NCBI GenBank assembly: GCA_964360145.1
Contig: CAYHWW010000003.1
Coordinates: 1-61,859 of the forward strand
Length of the DNA: 61,859 nt
Direction of reading: 5' to 3'
From: an uncultured Oligoflexia bacterium
GTDB lineage: Bacteria > Bdellovibrionota > UBA1018 > CAYHWW01
The notes below the pieces were generated by a model. The model ran no database searches. It saw only the letters and a program-made list of their open reading frames with translations, and had not been told where the DNA came from. Both the position numbers and the translations under genes were made by a program. Below are positions 37,999 through 48,092 of this stretch, one piece after another (the stretch's first letter is position 1; every line of letters begins with the position of its first letter).

Positions 37999-38661
37999 AT
38001 GAAATCTAAAGTAGTGCTAGGTTTTTCGCTTTTGAGCCTCACCGTTGGAGTGGCGCTGACCCCAACAGATGCGAGGGCCCAGACCGCCCATGGTGCCAAC
38101 GGCCAAGAGACGATCTTTACCCCTGATACGAGCAACGCCGCTTTGGGCGAAGCCTGGCGCGAACCCGATGTCACCAATGCTGATGGTACGGTGACCCGCG
38201 GCATGATCTGGGGCGATATCGTGAAAAACGATGATAATGGGAACGGAGTCATCGAAGACTCAGAATCCATCCGCTACATGGTTCAAAGCTCAGAATACAT
38301 GGCGAGCATTGGTAAGCCGCTGCCCGCGGGTGTGCTGGGTGCGAAGGAATATTGCGAGAGCATCGGCGCCGAGCTTCCAAGCCGCGAGGACTTTGCCCGT
38401 CTGCGCGGATATATGGGCGCGACAACGGCAGCCTCGGCATATGAAGGCACGGACTATCTCCCCCAGGTCCTCCCCCACCTGTTTCGCAACGCTGATGGCC
38501 GCTTGGTGAGCAACCACTTTTGGACCTCACCTCCGCACCCCGATAACCTTGACTACGCCTACGTTTTCTATGGGCGCAGTGGCCACATCTACATCGTCCG
38601 CCGTGATTACGCTAACGACTATACGGCGCGTTGCGTGGTGCCTCGTAGCGTCGGAAATTGA
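37999..38661 (+). CDS. secreted DUF1566 (Lcl C-terminal)-like domain protein
   Basis: Signal peptide, and a C-terminal pattern YCESIGAELPSREDF...FWTSP...YAYVFY...ARCV typical of DUF1566 as I recall it. Confidence 0.5.
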   Translation: MKSKVVLGFSLLSLTVGVALTPTDARAQTAHGANGQETIFTPDTSNAALGEAWREPDVTNADGTVTRGMIWGDIVKNDDNGNGVIEDSESIRYMVQSSEYMASIGKPLPAGVLGAKEYCESIGAELPSREDFARLRGYMGATTAASAYEGTDYLPQVLPHLFRNADGRLVSNHFWTSPPHPDNLDYAYVFYGRSGHIYIVRRDYANDYTARCVVPRSVGN

Positions 38662-38676
38662 TTTGAGCGTTACTCC

Positions 38677-39450
38677 CTACCGAGTCAGCCGCCCATAGAA
38701 AGCCCGGGTGTCATACTCAATGCGCAGGTCGCCGCCGTGCTGGTGACGATCAAAGAGCGCCCCCAGCTCCGCCACCATGGCGGCATACCGCGGGTGCTCT
38801 TTGCCCGGAGCGTAGGAAGAAGAGGCGAGGCGGCCCACGAGCCCCTGGAGGTCCAGGTCTTGGTGGTTGGGTAGCACGAGCTTTTCAAAACCTCCGGCGC
38901 CAAAGAAGCGGCCCAGATCCTCGTCGACGAGGTTTTTGTGATTCACGGCTTTGTAATCCACGCTGAAGCGGTCGATGAGGGCTTCGTATTCTTGGGCGAA
39001 GGCGGTGTTTGCCACGCGACGATCATTCCAGAGGAGGACGACCCACCCCCCGGGGCGCAGGATGCGGAGGAACTCCTCGCGGGTCGCCACGGGCTCAAAC
39101 CAGTGGAAGGCCTGGGCCGCTGTGATGAAGTCCACGCTGCTCTCAGGCAGTGTGGTGGCTTCAGAGGTTCCTGTGACACTTTTAAATCGGGGGTGTGGGG
39201 AGAGCAGGTGTTCTGCCGCGAGCCGCATGTCCGCATTGGGTTCGACGCCGAGGACGGCACAGCCAGCCCCGAGCAGGAGTTTCGTCAAAATGCCAGTGCC
39301 TGACCCCACATCGGCCACGGTGTGGCGGGGGCCGAGGCCCAGTGTTTCTTGGAAGAAACTCAGCAACGAGGGCGGATAGTGTGGCCTGAATTTGACATAG
39401 TCGGCGACGCGGCTGGAGAAACGACCTGTGGGATTGAGTTGGTGTCGCAT
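38677..39450 (-). CDS. class I SAM-dependent methyltransferase
   Basis: Motif I VADVGSGTGILT and post-I/II motifs (VDFITAAQAFHWF). It lies 13 nt downstream of the PAP2 gene. Confidence 0.8.
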   Translation of the reverse strand: MRHQLNPTGRFSSRVADYVKFRPHYPPSLLSFFQETLGLGPRHTVADVGSGTGILTKLLLGAGCAVLGVEPNADMRLAAEHLLSPHPRFKSVTGTSEATTLPESSVDFITAAQAFHWFEPVATREEFLRILRPGGWVVLLWNDRRVANTAFAQEYEALIDRFSVDYKAVNHKNLVDEDLGRFFGAGGFEKLVLPNHQDLDLQGLVGRLASSSYAPGKEHPRYAAMVAELGALFDRHQHGGDLRIEYDTRAFYGRLTR

Positions 39451-39463
39451 TTAGAAGCTCAGG

Positions 39464-40423
39464 TCAGGCCCTACGATGCCGGGATAAAAACTCGATCACC
39501 GCGATGGCTGCCAGCGCATAGGCGGTGCCCAGCACGATATCCATGACGTAATGATGCTGTAGGTACACCGCACTGAAACACATGAGGGCGTAGAAGGCCA
39601 AGCCCGGCAGAGTGAGCCACCGCAGGCGCGGCACCTTGAGAAGCATATAGGTGGCGAGCAGTGGGTAGGCCACGTGCAATGAGGGATAGGCGCCGAAGAC
39701 GTCGATGCCACGGCCATACATTTCGCTGAAAAAATGAGTGCCGAGGTGCTGGTCGAAGCGCACGGCGGATGCGGAGCTTGGCGTGGCATCCATGTTGGCG
39801 GGGCCTAAACCGTAACGGGTTACGTACCAGGGCGGGGCGGCGGGGTAGAGGTAGTAAGTGATGAAGCCCACGAGGTTCACAACGAAGAAGCCCCAACCGA
39901 AACGGGCATTCCACTTCGCTTCCTTCAAAATGAAAAGCATCACGGCCACTGATAAATATTGGAAGATAAAGACGAGGTAGGCGAAGCCCGTGAGGAGGTC
40001 CACCCAGCGCCACTGATGGATATCGAAATATTCATTGGGGGTGAGGCGCCTGCCCACTCCGTCCACCACAGTGTTGATGCCGAACCAGTAGAGATCGCGG
40101 TAGTACACCTCGTCCACACGAACGTGGGTGTGGGAGATGCCCCACCAATAGTAATAGCGCATCGAGTCGAAAACGATGCCCGTGAGGACGAAGGGGAAGA
40201 ACTCCTTCAAAAAACGGCGGGTGCTCGGATTATAGGCGTCAAGAAGGCCGAGGGAGCCGATGATGACGTGCTCGGGGCGCAAGCCGCCGAGGGCGTAGAT
40301 CAGCGCAATATAGCCCAAGCCGAGAAGTAGAGGCCAAATGCGACGTTGCATCGTGAAGTCGGGGAGGAGGGCCTGGGCGGTGCGACCAGGTAGGAGTTGA
40401 CCGGCGAAGGAGGGCTGTTCCAT
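39464..40423 (-). CDS. PAP2_C / AUR1-like (inositol-phosphorylceramide-synthase-like) membrane enzyme
   Basis: Multiple TM helices with motifs PSLH and HHYVMDIVLG, comparable to AUR1/SMS PSGH and HYxxD[VI]. The ORF-track N-terminal 181 aa were rejected. An alternative start lies at 40351. Confidence 0.55.
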   Translation of the reverse strand: MEQPSFAGQLLPGRTAQALLPDFTMQRRIWPLLLGLGYIALIYALGGLRPEHVIIGSLGLLDAYNPSTRRFLKEFFPFVLTGIVFDSMRYYYWWGISHTHVRVDEVYYRDLYWFGINTVVDGVGRRLTPNEYFDIHQWRWVDLLTGFAYLVFIFQYLSVAVMLFILKEAKWNARFGWGFFVVNLVGFITYYLYPAAPPWYVTRYGLGPANMDATPSSASAVRFDQHLGTHFFSEMYGRGIDVFGAYPSLHVAYPLLATYMLLKVPRLRWLTLPGLAFYALMCFSAVYLQHHYVMDIVLGTAYALAAIAVIEFLSRHRRA

Positions 40424-40447
40424 AGTTTGGGATTTAAGGGAGAAGCG

Positions 40448-41080
40448 GTGAAGACACAATGGCAAAAGGCTGTGGGCATGGGCGGGGTCCTGTTGCTGAC
40501 CTTGATGGGGGCCGCCCCCGAGGGCCAAGCAGGGTGTTTTGACTGGAATGACGCCAAAGCACTTACGAGCCCCCTGAAGGAACCCCTCACGCCGGGGCAA
40601 GAGCAGTTTGGCCAGCGCCCGGCCGGAGGGGGCTGGGGGGCCGTGGCAGCACTGGTGCCAGTGCCGGTGGCTCGGGTCCTCCAGGACTTGCGGCGCCATG
40701 ACTCCACGAAAACGTCGGACATTGCGGAATTCAAGATCAGGCCCCTCCCTGCCCAGGGGCTTCTGGAGCGACATGAGGCCGCTTTCACGGTGAAGCCCTT
40801 TTTGTTCATCACCGTGGAGTGGGTGGAGCGCTGGGGCTTTGCGCTGGTGCAAGGCACCCCGGCCGCGCCCCAAAAGGTTGTAGCCTCCTATGAGAAAGTG
40901 GAGGGGACTTCTCATATCAAACACCTTTGCGGCAGCATCGTGATTCAAGCTCGTGATGCGGCGCATACAGAGATTTTTCTCTTTGAGGAGGCGGACGCCA
41001 GCCGACGCTCACCGGAGGATACCTTGAAAGGGCTGAAGGATACCGTCCGTGCGCTTGTCAATCTGACGCGCCCCTCGTAG
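40448..41080 (+). CDS. secreted hypothetical protein, possibly START/SRPBCC-like
   Basis: The GTG at 40448 follows GGGAGAAG. Signal-like MGGVLLLTLMGAAPEGQAGC. The rest has a beta-rich pattern with a C-terminal helix. The fold assignment is a guess. Confidence 0.4.
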   Translation: MKTQWQKAVGMGGVLLLTLMGAAPEGQAGCFDWNDAKALTSPLKEPLTPGQEQFGQRPAGGGWGAVAALVPVPVARVLQDLRRHDSTKTSDIAEFKIRPLPAQGLLERHEAAFTVKPFLFITVEWVERWGFALVQGTPAAPQKVVASYEKVEGTSHIKHLCGSIVIQARDAAHTEIFLFEEADASRRSPEDTLKGLKDTVRALVNLTRPS

Positions 41081-41089
41081 AACTATCTG

Positions 41090-42655
41090 ATGTCCACGGC
41101 GCACTCCCGCATCCTCATCTTGGATTTTGGATCCCAGTTCACCCAGCTCATCGCTCGGCGGCTTCGGGAGCAGAAGATCTACACAGAGATTTACCCCAGC
41201 GACTGTTCGTTAAAGCACATCAAGGAGTTCGACCCCAAGGGGTTGATCCTCTCCGGCGGGCCCTACAGCGTTTACGATAAGAAGGCGCCGAAATGCGGTG
41301 ACATCTGGGGCCTCGGTGTACCGATCCTGGGCATCTGCTACGGCATGCAATATATGGCGAAAGTCTGCGGGGCGCCGGTGATGGCGGCAAAAACACGTGA
41401 GTACGGCCGCACCCACATTCGCCGGGAAGGTAAGTCCGTGCTTTTGCCGGACCACAACGGCGACTGGCCGGTGTGGATGAGCCATGGCGATGAAATCGGT
41501 CGAACCCCCGATGGCTTTGTCCAGACCGCGGTGTCCGAAAATGGGTCGCCGGCGGCCATGGAAGATGCTGTACGCCAGTGGTACGCCGTGCAGTTTCACC
41601 CCGAAGTGAGCCACACCCAAGGTGGTGGTGAGATTCTGAAGCGCTTTGCCTACGACATCTGCGGCTGCGTTGGTGACTGGGACCTCACCGCATACCTCAT
41701 GGAGCAGGTGAAATCCGCCGCCGTGCAAGTGGGGCCCAAGGGTAAGGCCATTTGCGCGCTGTCTGGCGGGGTGGATTCCACCGTGGCGGCGACCCTCGTG
41801 CAACAGGCGCTGGGGGAGAGGCTCCAGTGCATTTTTGTGAATAACGGCTTGCTGCGCAAAGATGAGGCCGAGCAGGTGCTTGAGGTTTATAAAAAAGAGC
41901 TGAAGCTCAATGTCACCTATGTGGATGCCTCGAAGAAATTCCTAAATGCTCTCAAAGGGGTCGCTGATCCCGAGAAGAAGCGCAAAATCATCGGCCGCGA
42001 ATTCATCCGTATTTTTGAGGCCAAAGCGAAGGGTGCCAAGTGGTTGGTGCAGGGCACGTTGTACCCCGACGTCATTGAGTCGGCGCCACCGCCCCGCTCC
42101 ATTCAAGGGGCAAGTAAAAAACCCGGCCACTCGAGCACGATCAAGAGTCATCACAATGTGGGGGGGCTCCCGAAGAACATGAAGATGGGCCTCATCGAGC
42201 CTCTGCGTGAGCTCTTCAAAGACGAGGTCCGCCAAGTGGGCCGTGTTCTTGGGGTGCCCGAGAAAATTTTAGGGCGTCACCCCTTCCCCGGACCGGGCCT
42301 TGCCGTGCGCTGCCTGGGGGCGGTCACCCCCGCTAAGCTCAGCATCATTCGTGAGGTGGACGCCATTTTCATTGAAGAGATCCGTGCGGCGGGGCTCTAC
42401 CACCAGATCTGGCAGGCCTACGCGGCGTTCCTTCCCATCCGTTCCGTGGGTGTCATGGGGGATGGTCGCACCTATGACAATGCGGTGGCACTGAGGGCGG
42501 TGACTTCAAGCGATGGTATGACCGCGGATTGGTTCCCTTTCCAGCCGGATTTCCTCTCGCGTGTGAGTAATCGCATCGTCAACGAAGTGCGGGGCGTGAA
42601 CCGGGTGGTTTATGATATCTCTTCAAAGCCTCCCGCTACGATTGAGTGGGAGTGA
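41090..42655 (+). CDS. guaA: GMP synthase (glutamine-hydrolysing)
   Basis: GATase domain (ILILDFGSQFTQLIARR), PP-loop SGGVDS, and the C-terminal dimerisation domain ending PPATIEWE. Confidence 0.95.
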   Translation: MSTAHSRILILDFGSQFTQLIARRLREQKIYTEIYPSDCSLKHIKEFDPKGLILSGGPYSVYDKKAPKCGDIWGLGVPILGICYGMQYMAKVCGAPVMAAKTREYGRTHIRREGKSVLLPDHNGDWPVWMSHGDEIGRTPDGFVQTAVSENGSPAAMEDAVRQWYAVQFHPEVSHTQGGGEILKRFAYDICGCVGDWDLTAYLMEQVKSAAVQVGPKGKAICALSGGVDSTVAATLVQQALGERLQCIFVNNGLLRKDEAEQVLEVYKKELKLNVTYVDASKKFLNALKGVADPEKKRKIIGREFIRIFEAKAKGAKWLVQGTLYPDVIESAPPPRSIQGASKKPGHSSTIKSHHNVGGLPKNMKMGLIEPLRELFKDEVRQVGRVLGVPEKILGRHPFPGPGLAVRCLGAVTPAKLSIIREVDAIFIEEIRAAGLYHQIWQAYAAFLPIRSVGVMGDGRTYDNAVALRAVTSSDGMTADWFPFQPDFLSRVSNRIVNEVRGVNRVVYDISSKPPATIEWE

Positions 42656-42666
42656 TGTCCACTAGA

Positions 42667-44124
42667 TCAGCGGGGCTGGCAAACGGGTACCGTGAATTCA
42701 CCCAGCGAGCGTCCGCCACGGGTCACCATTCTGAGGCTTATGGGGCCATTGCTTCCTATTTCGGCCTCAGTGAATTGGATGACTGCCGGCGTGAGGGCGG
42801 CTTGACGCACGGGAGTGGGAACACCTTGAGGCGACAGCCGGATGCGGAAGCGCACAGTAGGGATGCTTAGTGGGAGATTTCGGATGAGGGGGTCCGTGCG
42901 AGAAGGCCGGGACAAGGCCATCATGCGCCCCCTGTCGCCGATGCAAGAGGGGTGTACGCCGGGAAACATTGGGGCAGGAACACGTTCAAGGGCGGTGGTG
43001 GCAGTGGGCTCAACGCGCTCCTGCTGGCGTACCCCATGAGTCGTGACGATGTGCACCTCGGCATTGTCGGAATCTACCCACTGTATGAGATCGTCGTGCT
43101 CTTCAACCCAGCGTTGAATCCTCAGCTCAGCTCTGGCGCCATCCTCCGCGCTGGAGTTCCAAGAATGAGTGGTGGATTCTTCCAGGCTGCAGGATTGGGG
43201 CAGCGCCCGTGGCGCCCAGGGGAGCGAAACACAAGCGAAGCTCGTCATGGTGCCAAGGGAATCGAGACGGGACGGCGCAATGTAGATTTCATTGGTTCTT
43301 AACGCACGGACATCGCCTGCATGATCCCGTCTTGTGCAAATCACGCCTACCGCGGCTCCCGCGTTGTTCACAACGGGGGAACCTGAGTTGCCGGGAATGA
43401 GCGGGCAGTCTTCGAGAAGTTCCAGCGGGTTCGTCGTGGCGTCATCACCAGTGGAAAACAGGGATTGTCGTTGCACTTTGCAGTGCTGGGAAATGAGGGT
43501 TCCTCCAAGCTCACGTCGATGGGGATTAAATCGATGGACCGTGAGGCGCTCTTGGTCCTGTACACCATTTTGATCTACGGCCAGTGCTTCACGCTGAACA
43601 GGCCGCGCCAGCCGAATGAATGCGTAGTCGCTGGTTGCTGTTGCGCCCAATGGCGACGCCTCAATGAGGCTCCCACAGGTTGCGTACTCTTCTCTGTCAC
43701 GGCCTGTGCGAGGGAACTTGACGAGGATGCGTTGGGAGCAAAGAGATGGGTTCTGCTTGATTTCGTCCGGTATGCAGTGGCTATTTGTAGCCAGAATGTC
43801 TGGTGCGACAAGGAAGGAGGTACAGGTGCTGACTCTGAAGCGGTTGGCAGCACCCGCCGGTATAAGGCTCATCAAAAAACCTAGCGCACTGGGGCATGAC
43901 TGGCGCGAGCGGCAGCTGACAGGGGCCAGTGCTGCAACTTGGGCTAGGGTATTCGTGCCATCTTCGCTCCAGATGGGGCTTTGAGGCGCATCATCAGTAG
44001 AGACGGGCGCATTCGGGGCGTAGGACGTGTCTGGGCTGGTGTCGACGGAGCCTTTACAACCGGAGATGCACATGCTGAGGGCGAGGAAAACGCCGATGCC
44101 GCACCGAGTCCAGAATCTGTTCAT
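42667..44124 (-). CDS. trypsin-like serine protease lipoprotein
   Basis: Lipobox MCISGC, catalytic His context ATNSHCI, and Ser context GNSGSPVV. An alternative start lies at 44148. Confidence 0.7.
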   Translation of the reverse strand: MNRFWTRCGIGVFLALSMCISGCKGSVDTSPDTSYAPNAPVSTDDAPQSPIWSEDGTNTLAQVAALAPVSCRSRQSCPSALGFLMSLIPAGAANRFRVSTCTSFLVAPDILATNSHCIPDEIKQNPSLCSQRILVKFPRTGRDREEYATCGSLIEASPLGATATSDYAFIRLARPVQREALAVDQNGVQDQERLTVHRFNPHRRELGGTLISQHCKVQRQSLFSTGDDATTNPLELLEDCPLIPGNSGSPVVNNAGAAVGVICTRRDHAGDVRALRTNEIYIAPSRLDSLGTMTSFACVSLPWAPRALPQSCSLEESTTHSWNSSAEDGARAELRIQRWVEEHDDLIQWVDSDNAEVHIVTTHGVRQQERVEPTATTALERVPAPMFPGVHPSCIGDRGRMMALSRPSRTDPLIRNLPLSIPTVRFRIRLSPQGVPTPVRQAALTPAVIQFTEAEIGSNGPISLRMVTRGGRSLGEFTVPVCQPR

Positions 44125-44311
44125 GACCCCAGAGTTAGCAAGCACCATGCCCGGAATGGGGGCGTAAGCCGCCGCGAGGGCAGAGAAGATGTCAAATTCT
44201 TAGACAGCCGTAGAGTTCGAGTGCAGGGCCTCTCCATGCTCCGTTTGTGTCTGAGCGCACAGTGAGTCGCCTTGCCAAGTCGCCAGGGAGTCCGTAAACC
44301 AGAGTCACGTC

Positions 44312-47300
44312 ATGGCAGTTCCTTTTACCCACCTCAACGTCAAGTCCCATTACTCGTTGCTCGAGAGCACCATCCGCATCGGTGATTATCTCGCGGCGGT
44401 GAAGGCCGGCGGCGGCACGGCGGCAGCACTCACGGATCGCGGCAATATGTTTGGTGCCGTCGACTTCTACCTCGCCGCCAAGGCCCAGGACATCAAACCC
44501 ATTCTAGGGTGTGAAGTGAGCTATGTTGCAGGCTCCTGTCTCAGTAAACCCGATAAAAAGGCGCGCAAGGCCATGTTGCCGGGCTCCGAGGACGATGACG
44601 AGCACCGAGCCTTTAGTCTCGTGCTGCTCGCCTCTAATGCCGAGGGCTATCGCAGTCTCTGCCGACTGGTGACCAAGAGCTATTCCGACGGCCTCTACAT
44701 GGGCCGCCCCCGGGCGGACCGAGAGTTGCTTGCCAAGCACAGCGAGGGTCTCATCGCGCTGACTTCGAGCATTCGGGGAGAGGTCCCGTACCACTTCGCC
44801 CGGGGCAGGCCTGAGAAAGCCGAGGTCGCCGCTGAATTCTTGAAGAAGACCTACGGCGATAATCTCTTTTTTGAGTTGCAGGAAAGTGGACTGCCCGAGC
44901 AGTCCGCGGCCAATGGCGCCATCGTGGACCTCGCCGATCGTTGGGGCATGCCCCTGGTGGCCACGGCCTGCGCCCATATGATGAAGCCCGAGGGGCGCAT
45001 GTCTCTCGAAGCGATGATGTGCATCCAGCTGGGGCGCAACCTCAACGTATTTGATGAGGCGGCCTCCGCGTCGAGCAATCTCACGGGCTACTATTTAAAG
45101 AGCCCGGACGAGATGGCCGCTCAGTTTGCGTGGCGCCCCGATGCGGTGGCGAACACCCAGCTCGTGGCCGACCGCTGCAAGTTCAGCTTCAAGCTCAAAG
45201 ATGACCAAGGGCGCCCCATCTACCACATCCCCCAGTTCACTACGCCCGGGGGCGAAAGCGCCGAAGACTTCATGCAACAGCAGGCGGAAGAGGGCCTCAA
45301 AGAGCGTTTTGAAGAGCGCATTTTCGCAAAACCGAGGGCTGCCCCTGACTGGGAAGAAAAGAAAAAAACCTATGAGGCCCGTCTCGATGATGAATTGAAG
45401 ATGATCGCCCGCACCGGCTTCTCGGGCTACTTCCTCATCGTGTCGGATTTCATCAAGCATGCCAAAGCCCAGGGCATCCCCGTGGGGCCGGGGCGGGGGT
45501 CAGGTGCTGGCTCGCTGGTGGCCTATGCCCTGAAAATCACCGACGTGGACCCCATCCCACTGAACTTGCTGTTTGAGCGCTTCATCAACCCCGAGCGTGT
45601 TTCCATGCCGGACTTCGACGTGGACTTCTGCCAGGAGCGTCGGGGAGAAGTCATCGCCTACGTGGTCGATAAGTATGGCAAGGACTGTGTCTCCCAAATC
45701 GTCACCTTCGGAAAACTACTCGCCCGCTCCGTGATCAAAGACGCCGGCCGGGTGTTGGGGCTCACGTTCCAGGAAATGGACGTGATCACAAAGCTCATCC
45801 CTGAAACACTGGGCATCACCCTTGAAGACGCCTTCAAAAAAGAAGTGCGTCTGAAAGAGATGGAGGAGCAGAACCCCACGCTTCAGCGTCTCTTTGAGAT
45901 CGCCCGCACTCTCGAGGGCCTGAACCGCAACGCCGGCATCCACGCCGCCGGCATCGTCATCACCAATAAGCCCCTTACCGAGTATTGCCCGCTCATGGTG
46001 GGTAAAGAAAATGAAGCGGTGGTGCAGTACGATAAGGATTACGCGGAAAAAATCGGCCTGGTGAAATTCGACTTCCTGGGCCTGAAGACACTGACAGTCA
46101 TCGACAATGCGGTGAAGTTCATCCGCAGGGGTCCGAAAGCGGATTTCCATCTCTCCGAAATCGATTTCGATGACAAAGGCGTGTACGAGCTTCTCGCCAG
46201 TGGCGACACCGACGGGGTATTTCAGCTGGAGTCCTCCGGCATGAAGGACCTTTGCTCGCGTGTGATGCCGAACTCCCTCGAAGATATCACTGCCATCAAC
46301 GCGCTCTATCGCCCAGGCCCTCTCGAATCAGGCATGGTGGACGATTTCATCAACCGCAAGCATGGTCGCGTGGCCGTGGAATATACGCTGCCCCAGCTCG
46401 AGGAGATCCTGCGGGAGACCTACGGCGTCATTGTCTATCAAGAGCAGGTCATGCGGGTGGCCCGCGTGCTTGCGGGGTACAGCCTCGGTGAGGCCGACAT
46501 TCTCCGCCGCGCCATGGGTAAGAAAAAACCTGAGGAGATGGCGAAGCAAAAGGGCAAGTTCATCGAGGGGTGCATCAAAAACAACGTCCCTCCGGATAAA
46601 GCCGACTTCATCTTCGAGCTCCTCTCCAAGTTCGCCGCCTACGGCTTCAATAAGTCCCATTCCGCGGCCTATGGCGTGCTTTCTTTCCAAACAGCGTATT
46701 TAAAACGCTATTACCCCGCCCAGTTCATGGCGGCGCTGATGGCCACTGAAATCAATGACACCGATAAGCTGTCACAGTACGTCGCCGATGCCCGTACCCG
46801 CGGCATCCAGGTTCTACCCCCCCACATCAACGAGTCACTCAAGTCCTTCAGCGTTCAGGGCAGGGATATTCGCTTCGGGCTGGAAGCGGTCAAAGGGGTT
46901 GGCGGTGTCGCGGTGGAAGCGTTGATCGCCGAACGGGATAAAGCAGGGCCGTTCAAAAGCCTCGTTGATTTCTGCAAACGCGTGACGCTTCGCAAAGTGA
47001 ATAAGAAAGTCATTGAGAGCCTCATTGCCGCCGGCGCTTTTGATACGATTGCCGAAGAAAACCGCGCCACTCTTTTTGAAAGCCTGGAAGCCGTGATGAA
47101 GTACGCGGCAGGCCATCAGGAACAGCAGGACTTGGGCCAAGTGAGCATGTTTGATGATTTTCGTGCCACCGACCTCAACTTCCAGGAGAACACCGACGCG
47201 CTCTTCACCAGGGTGCAGGACTGGCCTGAATCGAAGAAGCTGCAGGAGGAAAAGCGCATCGTGGGTTTCTTTGTCAGCGGCCATCCCCTGGAGAAGTTCT

Positions 47301-47980
47301 CGAAGCTCGTGAAGGACTTCATCCATGGCGACATCACTGTCCTCAGCGAGGATTTCGACAAACGCAAGGCGGCCTTCAAGCCGCGGCCCAAACAACTCGA
47401 CGAGATGGGTCGCCCCGTGTGGGACCGCGAGGGCCGCAATCACGGCAAGTACGACACGGTGACCGCGGCAATCGTGAGTAGCGTGCGTGAGATCACGACG
47501 AAGAAGGGGGACCGCATGGCCTTCCTGGAGCTCGAGGACGAGCGGAGCAAGATCGAGGCGGTGGCGTTCCCCGAGGCCTACGGCACCCTGAATGCCATGA
47601 TCGCCCGCTCCGTCAAAGAGTGCATGCCCTGCATCATCACCGGGCAAATCGACTTGAATGAGGAAGGCGCGAAGATCTTTCTCCGTGGCATGGACTCCAT
47701 CGAGGACTTTCAAGCCAAGCGCGTGCGTCAGGTTGTATTCAAGATACCGCAGGAGAAGGCGAAGAAGCCCGATCTTGCCCGACTCCGGGAAGTCCTCTTG
47801 AAACACCGGGGCAAGGTCGGTGTGGTGCTTGAGCTTGATGGCAGGCTCGACGCCGCCGCCGGTGGCACGCAGTTCTTCGCTCGTCATCAGCTGCCCGCGG
47901 AACTCAGTGTCAACCCCACCGCGGAAATGGCGCGTGAAGTGAATGCCCTCTTCGGTGAGTCCGTGGTGAAGTTCGTCTGA
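44312..47980 (+). CDS. dnaE: DNA polymerase III alpha subunit
   Basis: PHP domain start FTHLNVKSHYSLLES, palm motifs GSGAGSLVAYALKITDVDP and PDFDVDF, and an OB-fold C-terminus. Length 1222 aa. Confidence 0.95.
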   Translation: MAVPFTHLNVKSHYSLLESTIRIGDYLAAVKAGGGTAAALTDRGNMFGAVDFYLAAKAQDIKPILGCEVSYVAGSCLSKPDKKARKAMLPGSEDDDEHRAFSLVLLASNAEGYRSLCRLVTKSYSDGLYMGRPRADRELLAKHSEGLIALTSSIRGEVPYHFARGRPEKAEVAAEFLKKTYGDNLFFELQESGLPEQSAANGAIVDLADRWGMPLVATACAHMMKPEGRMSLEAMMCIQLGRNLNVFDEAASASSNLTGYYLKSPDEMAAQFAWRPDAVANTQLVADRCKFSFKLKDDQGRPIYHIPQFTTPGGESAEDFMQQQAEEGLKERFEERIFAKPRAAPDWEEKKKTYEARLDDELKMIARTGFSGYFLIVSDFIKHAKAQGIPVGPGRGSGAGSLVAYALKITDVDPIPLNLLFERFINPERVSMPDFDVDFCQERRGEVIAYVVDKYGKDCVSQIVTFGKLLARSVIKDAGRVLGLTFQEMDVITKLIPETLGITLEDAFKKEVRLKEMEEQNPTLQRLFEIARTLEGLNRNAGIHAAGIVITNKPLTEYCPLMVGKENEAVVQYDKDYAEKIGLVKFDFLGLKTLTVIDNAVKFIRRGPKADFHLSEIDFDDKGVYELLASGDTDGVFQLESSGMKDLCSRVMPNSLEDITAINALYRPGPLESGMVDDFINRKHGRVAVEYTLPQLEEILRETYGVIVYQEQVMRVARVLAGYSLGEADILRRAMGKKKPEEMAKQKGKFIEGCIKNNVPPDKADFIFELLSKFAAYGFNKSHSAAYGVLSFQTAYLKRYYPAQFMAALMATEINDTDKLSQYVADARTRGIQVLPPHINESLKSFSVQGRDIRFGLEAVKGVGGVAVEALIAERDKAGPFKSLVDFCKRVTLRKVNKKVIESLIAAGAFDTIAEENRATLFESLEAVMKYAAGHQEQQDLGQVSMFDDFRATDLNFQENTDALFTRVQDWPESKKLQEEKRIVGFFVSGHPLEKFSKLVKDFIHGDITVLSEDFDKRKAAFKPRPKQLDEMGRPVWDREGRNHGKYDTVTAAIVSSVREITTKKGDRMAFLELEDERSKIEAVAFPEAYGTLNAMIARSVKECMPCIITGQIDLNEEGAKIFLRGMDSIEDFQAKRVRQVVFKIPQEKAKKPDLARLREVLLKHRGKVGVVLELDGRLDAAAGGTQFFARHQLPAELSVNPTAEMAREVNALFGESVVKFV

Positions 47981-48092
47981 GATTGGAGCGACTCACGTGC
48001 GCGAGGTAATATGCCCCAATAAATCAATGCGGAGTCTTCGCAAGCTACTAGGATAGGTGCCTTGATCCGCATATAAGTGTCGACGGTGAAAT

